A stretch of DNA of 51,211 nucleotides, counting the filler, from an uncultured virus (IMG/VR IMGVR_UViG_2061766007_002667) (lineage: Duplodnaviria > Heunggongvirae > Uroviricota > Caudoviricetes). It is 4 parts of one record of this genome, joined end to end, with 100 filler letters (N's around TTAATTAATTAA, not from the genome) between each part and the next. Parts side by side here need not be neighbours in the genome. Positions count along the whole stretch, not along the records: positions 28,828 to 51,211 come from IMGVR_UViG_2061766007_002667; 3 more parts are not named here. One strand, 5' to 3'. How positions within the stretch are numbered: position 1 is the stretch's first letter; each line of letters begins with the position of its first letter. Positions 32,723 through 43,637 of the stretch are shown piece by piece. The notes beneath the pieces are model-generated. The model was not told the DNA's origin. It saw nothing but the letters and a program-made list of their open reading frames with translations, and did no database searches. The position numbers and the translations under genes were made by a program.

Positions 32723-33400
32723 AATTACCGTAGTTTAGAAAGGAACAAATACTACGAAATTCTTGTTATACATATAATCTTTTTAAAATCTTTTAATGAA
32801 GTAANNNNNNNNNNNNNNNNNNNNNNNNNNNNNNNNNNNNNNNNNNNNNNNNNNNNNNNNNNNNNNNNNNNNNNNNNNNNNNNNNNNNNNNNNNNNNNNN
32901 NNNNNNNNNNNNNNNNNNNNNNNNNNNNNNNNNNNNNNNNNNNNNNNNNNNNNNNNNNNNNNNNNNNNNNNNNNNNNNNNNNNNNNNNNNNNNNNNNNNN
33001 NNNNNNNNNNNNNNNNNNNNNNNNNNNNNNNNNNNNNNNNNNNNNNNNNNNNNNNNNNNNNNNNNNNNNNNNNNNNNNNNNNNNNNNNNNNNNNNNNNNN
33101 NNNNNNNNNNNNNNNNNNNNNNNNNNNNNNNNNNNNNNNNNNNNNNNNNNNNNNNNNNNNNNNNNNNNNNNNNNNNNNNNNNNNNNNNNNNNNNNNNNNN
33201 NNNNNNNNNNNNNNNNNNNNNNNNNNNNNNNNNNNNNNNNNNNNNNNNNNNNNNNNNNNNNNNNNNNNNNNNNNNNNNNNNNNNNNNNNNNNNNNNNNNN
33301 NNNNNNNNNNNNNNNNNNNNNNNNNNNNNNNNNNNNNNNNNNNNNNNNNNNNNNNNNNNNNNNNNNNNNNNNNNNNNNNNNNNNNNNNNNNATTTTGTAT

Positions 33401-34008
33401 TTAATCATCATTATACCTTTCTTTTATTGTTTTTATAATATTTTCTATATAAATCGGTTCAAACGGTCTTGTATTTAGAACTTTATCACTTGTATCAACA
33501 CCAACATGAATTGCTCGAAAATTCATACTTTTANNNNNNNNNNNNNNNNNNNNNNNNNNNNNNNNNNNNNATAAAGATGAATATAGGTAGGACTTTTCTT
33601 TGGATCTTTAAATGCACCGTTAAATTCTAAAATGGGGTAATGAAACATTAAAAATCTATATACTGTGTTATCTTCACCTCTATAACGCAATTCATGATAA
33701 TCACGTAAAGATTGAATTAAATTCTTATTAAGCAAATATGCTAATTCTTTTTTTCTATCATGATTTCCTGCAATACAATGACAAGCACCATTTAATTGCT
33801 TAAAAATCTTTTCCAAATATTCACCATTTACACCAACATAAATATCACCTAAAATATATACTAGATCTTCTTTATTAACAACTCTATTCCAATTATCAAT
33901 TAAAGCCCGGTCATGTTCTTCTATTGTCTTAAATGGTCTTCCTTTACCTAACCTTATAATATTTTCATGACCAAAATGTAAATCACTAGTTACAAAAATC
34001 TTACTCAT
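33401..34008 (-). CDS. Calcineurin-like metallophosphoesterase
   Basis: TSDLHFGHENI, LGD, GNHD, HYP; continues after the gap with IHVGVD...P to a stop at 33401. Confidence 0.9.
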
Positions 34009-34222
34009 TTTCGTTACTTTCTTTAATATTTATATCTTTTAAATCAATTAGTGGTGAAAATTCATTTATTGTTCTAATTCTTTTGTTAAAGTGTGCTTCT
34101 AAACCCATTTCTTTTAGATCTTTTTCAACTGTTTCTTCAAAGTATTTCTTAAAAAATAAATATACATCTTCATGTTTTTTAAATGAAATAAATTTTCTAG
34201 ACATATATGTCTTAACAATCAT
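34001..34222 (-). CDS. Hypothetical protein
   Basis: Short ORF in a co-directional cluster. Confidence 0.45.
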   Translation of the reverse strand: MIVKTYMSRKFISFKKHEDVYLFFKKYFEETVEKDLKEMGLEAHFNKRIRTINEFSPLIDLKDINIKESNENE

Positions 34223-34245
34223 ACCGTATTTATCTAATACAGCAT

Positions 34246-34461
34246 TTATATTTGGTAATAATACTTNNNNNNNNNNTCTAAAATAGCATCTAATTCATCT
34301 TGCTCAAAAGTAACTTTATATTTATGTGTAATTTTATAGCGTATACACCTTTTATCATGACTAACTGGTTCTGTCTTAAAAAATTTTACACACTTTTTAA
34401 ACCAATAACTTTCATTTATAGTACGCATATATAATTTACATGGTATTTTCTCTAGAAGCAT
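34246..34461 (-). CDS. Hypothetical protein (may continue into 34001-34222 across the gap)
   Basis: Short ORF with gap. Confidence 0.4.
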   Translation of the reverse strand: MLLEKIPCKLYMRTINESYWFKKCVKFFKTEPVSHDKRCIRYKITHKYKVTFEQDELDAILXXXXKYYYQI

Positions 34462-34462
34462 A

Positions 34463-34657
34463 TCATTTTTCTTTCATATTTAAACTAGGACAAAATACAA
34501 TTACTTTTTGTTTAGTTGATACTTTTTCACCAGTGATAATTTCTGTATAAAAAACTTCTTTATCTTGTTTTACTCTAACAATATCANNNNNNNNNNNNAC
34601 TTTTTTTAAATCTTTAACTGTATCTATTTCTGTATATTTTAACATATTTCTTCCCAT
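34463..34657 (-). CDS. Hypothetical protein
   Basis: Short ORF. Confidence 0.4.
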   Translation of the reverse strand: MGRNMLKYTEIDTVKDLKKXXXXXDIVRVKQDKEVFYTEIITGEKVSTKQKVIVFCPSLNMKEK

Positions 34658-35060
34658 TTGTTTTCAGATGAATTCCAATGACGTTTATCATGAATTCCAA
34701 ATGTAAATTCTAAACCAAGTATTGCTAATTCTATTTCAGTCATACTATGATTGCTATGTATTTCTGAAATAAAAATAACTTTGGTTTCAAGGCTTGGTAA
34801 ATATGATAAACTAATTTCAATAAATTTATACTTATTAATAGAAAACATTTNNNNNNNNNNNNNNNNNNNNNNNNNNNNNNNNNNNNNNNNNNNNNNNNNA
34901 TATAGAAAAATTATGTAAACTAATTGAAAATCCAAAAGCCAAAAGAATAGTAATTGAATACCACCATTCTTTTAATTCATTCTTAAGTTTTTTCATTTTA
35001 CTATTCCTTTTTTTAATTTATTTTAATTTTATATCTGAATTACAAATTTTGTAAAACCAT

Positions 35061-35936
35061 TTACACTGCTATTGGGAAATTTACTTTTTCACCATGTTTA
35101 TAATCATCTAAATTGGCCATATCATGAGTAAAATTAAATACATCAGCTTTTGAATTTAATATCAGTTTAGGTAATTCAAAAGTATTATTATAAAATTCTT
35201 TTCTATGCTCATTATAAATATCTACATGATTATCATATACATGGCAATTACAAAGATTAAATGTAATTGTTCCTGGTTCCATATTAACTGTTTGACAAAT
35301 AAGATGTAATAAAATACTATAAAATACAATATCTGTTGGTACTCCCAAAATTAAATCACAACTTCTTTGATTAACCGTCATGTGTAATCTATCATTAAGA
35401 TAATTTAATTGAAATGCATATACACATGGAGGTAAAGCCATTTTATCTTGGTCATGTAAATTCCAAGCACTTACAACTAAACGTCTATCATATTTATTTT
35501 TCTTTAAAGTATCTATAATATATTTAATTTGATCTGCACCTTTTCCAGTATAGTCAGTATCGCAATCAATATATTCTGTGCCACCAAATTTCCATTGCCA
35601 ACCATAAATAGGACCAAGATCTCTATTTTTCAACATATTTTCTTTATCACCGTATGGAACTTGATCTGGTCTACACCATTCTTTCCAATACATACATTTA
35701 GCTACTTCATATTGTTCTTTAGCTGTATAACCATGTAAAAAACATTCTAGCTCACCACAAGCACCTTTAAATGGCATTTGTCTAAATGTAGGAATAGGAA
35801 AACCATCTTTTAAATCATGTGTTAAAATTTGATTAAGTAAAACATGTGTATTATTTCCAGTACGACATGGATTAATTGTACCCTCTTCTAATACCTTATC
35901 AACTAATTTTAAATATTGAAAATCGTAATTATTCAT
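35061..35936 (-). CDS. thyA: Thymidylate synthase family protein with dCMP-type active-site residues
   Basis: CRTG, DLGPIYGWQW, DRRLVVSAWN, MALPPC, QRSCD, HVYDNH, C-terminal IAV. Has PPCV (not PCH) and GVPTDI (not PFNI). Confidence 0.92.
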   Translation of the reverse strand: MNNYDFQYLKLVDKVLEEGTINPCRTGNNTHVLLNQILTHDLKDGFPIPTFRQMPFKGACGELECFLHGYTAKEQYEVAKCMYWKEWCRPDQVPYGDKENMLKNRDLGPIYGWQWKFGGTEYIDCDTDYTGKGADQIKYIIDTLKKNKYDRRLVVSAWNLHDQDKMALPPCVYAFQLNYLNDRLHMTVNQRSCDLILGVPTDIVFYSILLHLICQTVNMEPGTITFNLCNCHVYDNHVDIYNEHRKEFYNNTFELPKLILNSKADVFNFTHDMANLDDYKHGEKVNFPIAV

Positions 35937-36529
35937 TTATATTACCTCCGACGCCAAAGTTTTATTCTTTTCTATTATATTACGCCAAGGATATTCACCA
36001 TTTCGATCATGGATTAAACATCCTAACTCGAACCATAATTCATAATTATTTTTTAAATTTGGTATATATGGCAATAAAGAATTGTACCTATGTTTAATAA
36101 GATGAATTGCTCTATTTAATACCTGTAATTTAGTTTTATCATAACATTCATATTCTTGTTTATCATCTATATGATGAATAATTAACCAGTTATTTATCCA
36201 AGTATGTTTATAATCAATGTTAAATAAATCATAATTTAATTGTTTAANNNNNNNNNNNNNNTTTCTTCACAAATAAAATGTTTCTCTTTTTTTAATTCAT
36301 GTGCAAAATTAATCCAATTTATATTATTTTCAGCCATATTTTTACGTTCAAAAAAAGTTTCTTTATGATCTAAATACTGACCAAATTTATTTAATTCTTG
36401 ACTTATTAAACACATATTTATTTCTTCATCTCTATACGGAAAATAACAAATTTCAGTTGGACAAATATACATGTGATATTCGCCATCATTTAATCTCTTT
36501 AAATATGTGAAAAAATCAATTTTACTCAT
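35937..36529 (-). CDS. Hypothetical protein (one gene split by a gap)
   Basis: An open frame continues after the gap at 36248-36261 to a TAA abutting the thyA ATG. Confidence 0.55.
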
Positions 36530-37042
36530 TTATTTTTTATTTTTGTTNNNNNNNNNNNNNNNNNNNNNNNNNNNNNNNNNNNNNNNNNNNNNNNNNNNNN
36601 NNNNNNNNNNNNNNNNNNNNNNNNNNNNNNNNNNNNNNNNNNNNNNNNNNNNNNNNNNNNNNNNNNNNNNNNNNNNNNNNNNNNNNNNNNNNNNNNNNNN
36701 NNNNNNNNNNNNNNNNNNNNNNNNNNNNNNNNNNNNNNNNNNNNNNNNNNNNNNNNNNNNNNNNNNNNNNNNNNNNNNNNNNNNNNNNNNNNNNNNNNNN
36801 NNNNNNNNNNNNNNNNNNNNNNNNNNNNNNNNNNNNNNNNNNNNNNNNNNNNNNNNNNNNNNNNNNNNNNNNNNNNNNNNNNNNNNNNNNNNNNNNNNNN
36901 NNNNNNNNNNNNNNNNNNNNNNNNNNNNNNNNNNNNNNNNNNNNNNNNNNNNNNNNNNNNNNNNNNNNNNNNNNNNNNNNNNNNNNNNNNNNNNNNNNNN
37001 NNNNNNNNNNNNNNNNNNNNNNNNNNNNNNNNNNGTTTTTAA

Positions 37043-37550
37043 CTATTTAATGCCAGTACCTTCACCAAAACCTCTTGCTCCACGCTTTGTTTTTGGACCT
37101 TGCTCATATGCTTGTTCAGAAACAAAAATTGCATCTTCATTTGAAATTTTATGAATGATACCTNNNNNNNNNNNNNNNNNNNNNNNNNNNNNNNNNNNNN
37201 NNNNNNNNNNNNNNNNNNNNNNNNNNNNNNNNNNNAACACGAATATCTTCAGAGCCTTTAACTACTTTAAATAAATTAAGATGTATCTCGCCACGGTAAG
37301 CCGCATCAATAATTGTAGCTCCAAAAATTAAGCCTCTTTTTAAAGCAATTCCGCTTTTATTATCCATTTTCATCATTTGATCTGAATTAAGCTTAATCTT
37401 AATACCTGACGGAATATTAACTTGTTCGCCAATTCTTAAAATATATTTTTTACCATTATTCCAATCATTTGGAACAAAAAAATCAAATCCGGCATTTTCT
37501 TCTCTTAACCCAGTAATGTCTTTAACATCTCTAACTTTAGTATATTGCAT
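37043..37550 (-). CDS. dut: Trimeric dUTPase
   Basis: AGFDF (I), KSGIA (II), IIDAAYRGEI (III), RGARGFGEGTG (V). Confidence 0.92.
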
Positions 37551-37627
37551 TTATTTTTATCCTTTTCAAAATTAAAACTGATATATAGAATATGTAAATT
37601 ACTTTGTTCTACATAACTATTTTTCCA

Positions 37628-38116
37628 TTATTTATAATCAATATTTAAAATTCCTGTTCTTCTCATATTTCCTATTTCAAAATCACCATAATCTATACAA
37701 TATAAATTTTTATTTTCATCACATCTGAAATTTTCTGGTTTAATATCATTTATTACAAGATGCACAGTTTGTTCACATAAATATTCTTTATCTATATCCT
37801 TTACACGATGACCAAATGTACAAAGAGCTTCCCAATCTAATTCCACAGGTAAATGTTTATAAATATTTACTAAACCAAAAAAACTGAAATAACAAGGACA
37901 TAATATGGGTCTCATCCAATTATATTTCCATTCTCCTCCCCATTGTTTCATTGGTTTATACTCTACGTAATACTTATAACGTTTCCTTTCTAAAACATTC
38001 ATGATTATACCACACAAAAACCCAAGAAAAGGATTGCCATTATAACTATTGTATCTAGGAATCTTAAATCCAAACTTTCCTATGTGAAAATAATATCTAT
38101 AAACACCTTTTTTCAT
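37628..38116 (-). CDS. Minimal protein-kinase-like protein
   Basis: KGVYR, FKIP lysine, NDIKPENF catalytic loop, CIDYG (DFG-like) in 162 aa. Confidence 0.65.
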   Translation of the reverse strand: MKKGVYRYYFHIGKFGFKIPRYNSYNGNPFLGFLCGIIMNVLERKRYKYYVEYKPMKQWGGEWKYNWMRPILCPCYFSFFGLVNIYKHLPVELDWEALCTFGHRVKDIDKEYLCEQTVHLVINDIKPENFRCDENKNLYCIDYGDFEIGNMRRTGILNIDYK

Positions 38117-38346
38117 TGATTAATATACCTCTTAAATAATCTTTCTAATAAGGGTTTAGGTTTATCTAATTGTCTTATTTTTGAAGCTAATCGATTAATA
38201 AAATCGAGTACATCATCATTTACTTCATTGACATTCTTATCAATATTTATAGCTAATGGTCCACCAATAAAATTATTAATCGTTTCAATATTTGTTTCTA
38301 AAAGAAATTGGTCTATATTTTCTAAATTAGTCATTATTCTATCCAA
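38113..38346 (-). CDS. Hypothetical protein
   Basis: Short ORF overlapping both neighbours. Confidence 0.55.
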   Translation of the reverse strand: MDRIMTNLENIDQFLLETNIETINNFIGGPLAINIDKNVNEVNDDVLDFINRLASKIRQLDKPKPLLERLFKRYINQ

Positions 38347-39880
38347 TCTATTTCTGGTAATCCATTGTAAGACTTATCCCAAATAAACATAGCATAAGCT
38401 GCTGCACCACCATTTTTAAAAACTCTTGTATTTTTACCACAACCTTGACGATTTACATATTGCCAAACATATTTTAATTTATGATTTTTAAATAGTTTAA
38501 GGCGTCCTTTTGTTTCAAGAAAAGTAGTTTTGAGAAACATTATACATATACCATCATTATCTAACAATTCTAATGCCTTTTCTACACATTCTTGAGCATA
38601 TTTATATGGAGGATTTGTAAATATACATTTCATATAGTCTTTCCATTCTGGTCTTAATGTCTCTTTCTTTAATTTAAGAAAATCTATATTACCTTCACCG
38701 TATCCTCTATCAATCAAATCCGTAGAAAGTACATCATGACCTTGCTTAATTAATTCATCAGATATAGATCCAAGTCCACAATTTCCTGTGATAAATATCT
38801 TATTATTTCTTCTTAATATTAGCATGCCTGTTGAAACCGTAAAACAATATACGAAATCATTATAATTCTCGATTATTTTTAAATTTTTATTAATTTTACG
38901 TTTAGCCAATGTAAAATCTTTTATTTTGCTAAAACATACTATATAATTTTCATTTTCAGATCTATTATCTATAGTAATTGTACTATGTTTACCAATAGAT
39001 GCTCCAATTAATTGAATTAAATCTGCATCTTGCTTTTTATTAGTTGAATATCGTATATGCTTACTATCAAAACATCCATCCCAATAATGTAACTCTTCAA
39101 TAATAATTTCTCTATATTTTTTATCTAAGAATAACCACTCTTTTGGAAACAATTTACAACCATAAGGACTATTAAAAAGTATTTCAGTAGTATCTTTATA
39201 TTCGTATTTGACATACTCAAGATTAGCCTGTTTTAAGAGCCACAATAAACGTTGTAATTTTCGTTCTTTTTTAATACCTATTTTATATTTATTATCTTTT
39301 TCAATTCTAATTGTGCCATCGGCATTACATGCTATGGCCAATCGTAAAAACCACTCATTTAATTCTTTTCCTTCATTTTTTAAATCAAATGTTGTTGGAA
39401 TTTTACCTCTAAAACCATTTGAATCTTTATTATAAGTGTTTATTATTTCATTTGCTGTATTAATTTTTAACAAATTTGTTCTTCTTTGCTTATATACAAC
39501 TCTATGATCTTCAGTCAAACACATATCTAGAGATTTACTTTGCCAAAGATATAATTTTTTACTACTAATATGTTTAATATAATTTTTTGGATATTCTAAA
39601 TGNNNNNNNNNNNNNNNNNNNNNNNNNNNNNNNNNNNNNNNNNNNNNNNNNNNNNNNNTTCAAATCCATTATAAAACTCAGTAATAGAATCAACACAGCA
39701 AGGTTCCCATACTTTTACTGGTATTTCAAAATTACGTTCTATACATTTTTTAAAAAATAGTTGCATAGATTCAGGATGTGTACAATACAAATCATTTTCT
39801 GATACATCTTCTTCTTTTGTACGATGATTACATGCATATATACTAGTATTTCCAGTCCAATCTTTATTTTGCTCTGTCAT
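38334..39880 (-). CDS. Amino-DNA methyltransferase (NPPY; N6-adenine likely) interrupted by an intein
   Basis: N-extein ends DLYCTHP...VWEPC; C-extein begins CGLGSIS...STDLIDRGYG...IDFL...IFTNPPY. Joined exteins restore motif I WEPCCGLG. Confidence 0.88.
38781..39697 (-). mobile_element. Intein with LAGLIDADG homing endonuclease
   Basis: Starts CVDSITEFYNG; block B LTEDHRV; LAIACNADG and ELHYWDG; block F/G VYCFTVSTGMLILRRNNKIFITGN followed by Cys(+1). Confidence 0.9.
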
Positions 39881-39885
39881 TTTTT

Positions 39886-42800
39886 TTATTCTCCACTTTC
39901 TTCATAAGTATCTTTATATTTATTCCAATAATGATATTTAGCTTTAATTGTATAAATATGATTTTTTTCTAATTTAGCGGGAATCATTTTTAATAATTCT
40001 TCCATAGAAACTTGTGATATTAAAATTGGAGATAACTTTTGACAAGCATTAAAACGATTACCTTCTGACCAGTCTTGACGTTTAATATGTCTTTCTAATG
40101 CTTTAATATCTACTTTGCCTTTGTATTGTGTAGGTTGTTTTAATTCATCTTTGAGTTTAGGCATGTTTTCCAATATTTCAATTAAATTAAATTCATATTT
40201 ATTTTCACTATATAATGTTTGCATTTCATTTGTTTTTGGATTAATTTGATCTGGAGTACGCGTATATCTATTTGGTTGAGCACATTGTTGATCTGCATTT
40301 TCTAAACCTAATTTATAAGCTAGATAATACCAAATTTTTTTAAATGAAGTACTAGTTACAGGAGCACTTAGTCTAACTACAATATGATAACTTCTATGAC
40401 CAGACCAAACAATACGATATGTATATTGTTCTATTTGTTTAATTAATTCTTCTTGTTCTTCTTTCGTTAGATAATCACATTCAAATAAAAAGTTTTGACA
40501 TACAACCCCACTTTTTGTAGGATATTGATCNNNNNNNNNNNNNNNNNNNNNNNNNNNNNNNNGTAAATAAGCAGGCTCCTCTACTTTTGTATAATTAATA
40601 TCATAATATGGACCAAATACTTCTTTTTTATTTAATAAGTTTTTGGCAAAATTTATATATTCTTGTGTATTAATTTCATCCATACTTAAATTATTAATAT
40701 CATCAACAATAAGCATATGTTCTGTAAAACCAGTAATTTTTGAAATAGAATTAATAACTTCTGTTAATTTATTACCATTTTCATCAGTAACTGCTTTTCC
40801 TTTTTCATCTTTTATGACTACTTCTCTTTCATTTCTACTACGACTATAATATGCTTGAGTGCGTGGATCATTTTCTTTACCAACAACAAAAGCTAAACTA
40901 CGACCTTCAACTTTTTTATTAGTAATAGCATCATAAATTTCACCAACACTATGTCGTTTATAAATTACAAAATCTCTTGGCATAACACCTTCTAATAATG
41001 GTTTATGAGTCACAATATTGCATAAGATTTTTGAAGTTGCTTTGCCAAATTTTTCATTTGATAAATAAAAACCTTTAGATTTAACTTTTCCGTTTAAAAA
41101 AGCGCAATAATAATTATTTACATTATTTTGTTGAAGAATTTTAATTTCATCAAATTCAAGTACTAGGCGTGTCTCCTTCATCCATTGCTCACAAATAGGC
41201 ATATAATCTACAGTTTCTTGTTTTTCAATCATTATACCATCAGTATTTGTTTGGACAATATTAAACCCAGCATCAAATAATCTTCGGCATAAAATAAATA
41301 ATAACAATTGACCGTGAACACATACTGTACTATTTGACCATGTATCATACAATGGATTAAACTCAGAAAGCATAGCACCAATTGCTCCGTTTAAAACTAA
41401 TTTTAAACCTTGATTAAGAAGCGTTTTTCCAGTATGTTTGGCTTCAATACGAGTTTCATAAACTTGTTTATATGAATCAGGATTAGCTGCTGCACCGCGT
41501 GACATTAAATTATATTGAATTAACAATGAAGGATAAAGAGAAGCAACATCCATATTTACTAAATTTTCTGAACCATAATTAAGTAATGCTTGATGTAATC
41601 CACCGAAACCAAATTGATACAAATGCCCTTCATCATCTCCTCCCATATAATATTCAAATTTTTCTCTAATATAATTTGGATTATGTTGATTTTTTAAATA
41701 AAAGTCTAAAATTGGTGTATTTGCNNNNNNNNNNNNNNNNNNNNNNNNNNNNNNNNNNNNNNNNNNNNNNNNNNNNNNNNNNNNNNNNNNNNNNAGCATT
41801 TTCACCACAAAGAACTTTTCCAGCAAAAGAGGAAGATTTTGTAATAAGATTTAAAGCTTTCATTTTATATTCTACAATAAGATTCCATTTAATATCATAA
41901 GAATCTCTTGCATATTCACGCATTTTATATTTTGGATCTTCTTCTTTCTTTTTAACATCCTCTGGATCTGGTAAAAATAAATCTAAGGTATTATCAACGT
42001 CCATTTCACAATATTCTTCAACTTCTTTTCTTTGTTCTTCTGTCAATGGTGTTGTAATATCAAAAGGTACTGTTGAATCATAATTTTTTCTATCTAAAAC
42101 AGACATTGTAAGCTTTTTAAGTGAATTTCTTCTAATATCAAAAGGTAAATGAAAACTAATATCCCAAGAAATAAAATTAGGAGGAGTAATATCTTCAATT
42201 ATTTCACCATCTACATTAAAAGCATATCCATTTTTGTATTCTTTTATTTTATATTGCGGTTTAACTTCAGGATACCTGTCTAAGTTTTCTTCATCTAAAA
42301 CCAAAGCGTCTGAAAACTCTTTAACGGTTTGAGTACCTTCAATAGTATAAGGATAAATCATAGCATGTTTAATAACCTTATCATCATATCCAGCATTATT
42401 AAATCCAATAAGTATTTTATCTTTAAGCCAATTTCTTAAACTATCACCATCATTCCAACAAATTATTTTGTTCTTTTTATCTAAAGTTTTGGCAACAAAA
42501 AGCCAATCATATTTAAAAACTTCAATATCATATACCCATTCATATCTATCTTTAATATTATAACCATCTCTACGAATTTGATTATCAGACATTTTTGGTC
42601 CAATTGCTGGCTTAAATGCTTCTTTGTACCATTTATTATACCATTCAGACTTTTTACCGTTTGGATTATTTTCATCACCAAAAAATTTAAAGCTTTTATG
42701 CAAATTATCAAAAGAATATGATTCTACTTCATCTTGTGAAATTAGAGTAACTTTATTAAAAAGATTAAATTTTGTTAATGCTTTCTCTACATTTTTACCA

Positions 42801-43569
42801 TATAAAGGTACTGTTGTTAATAATTCATTAAAACTTATTTTATATTCTTTATTGAATTCGTTAGCGTCTGGTGCCTCTTGTTTTTTATAAGCTAACTCAA
42901 TTTTAGAAAAATTATCACTTAAGGTATAATACTCAACATTTTCAAAGCTATCTAATTTAAAATCTAATTTAAAGCCTTTTATAAGATTAAGTTTAAAAGC
43001 TTTAATAATAAATTGCATCTTCGTTATAATTTTTTCAGTAGTTGTATATGGTGATTCATTTGTATTTATTCCTAATTCTGTATTATTTAANNNNNNNNNN
43101 NNNNNTCATTAACTTCAGGCAAAATTACGAAAGGAATATTGAATTCATTATGATTAAGTTTATAATCAAATAAATTTAAATAATCTTTATAAACTGTTAA
43201 TTTTCTTATGTTTAAATCTGTACTAGAATTATAACTTTCTTTAAACGCATTAAATGCAGATTGTCCAATAAATCCAATTAGAAGATTATCTTTATCAAAA
43301 GCTTCTTTAGTATTATATTCTTCTAATCTTACAAATAATACTTTTCTACTAAATTCTGTATTATTTTCATCATATANNNNNNNNNNNNNNNNNNNNNNNT
43401 TGAATTTACTCTTAAAAACAGTAGATAAGTATTCCATACCTTTAACTGAATCAAAAATGCAATATTTATCATTTTGTAAAGGTTTATCTGCTATTAATAA
43501 TAATTTTAATTTTGATGAACATTCATATTCTTTAATATTTCTATTTATTATATCAACTTCTTTTATCAT
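39886..43569 (-). CDS. Family B DNA polymerase, probably with N-terminal UDG-like domain and C-terminal AEP primase domain (reconstructed across gaps)
   Basis: ExoI YDIEVF, ExoII GFNNAGYD, ExoIII YCEMDV, motif A MDVASLYPS, B KLVLNGAIG, C NTDGI. C-terminal NFLFECD, SGHRSYH, ADQQC..NRYTRTP. Frame is open upstream of ATG 43018 to the gap at 43091. Confidence 0.85.
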
Positions 43570-43591
43570 GATAAACCTTTCTTTTATATAT

Positions 43592-43623
43592 AAAAATAGA
43601 ATCCACTTTTTATATGGATTCTA
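43592..43623 (-). terminator. Hairpin/terminator between gapR-like gene and polymerase
   Basis: TAGAATCCA...TGGATTCTA stem with T-run on the minus strand. Confidence 0.6.
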
Positions 43624-43637
43624 CTGAAAAAATTAAA

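Noticed and set aside
33474..33484. Near-copy of the late motif (AAAGTTCTAAA, minus strand)
   Set aside because: Imperfect and inside a coding region; plausible by chance at this AT content.
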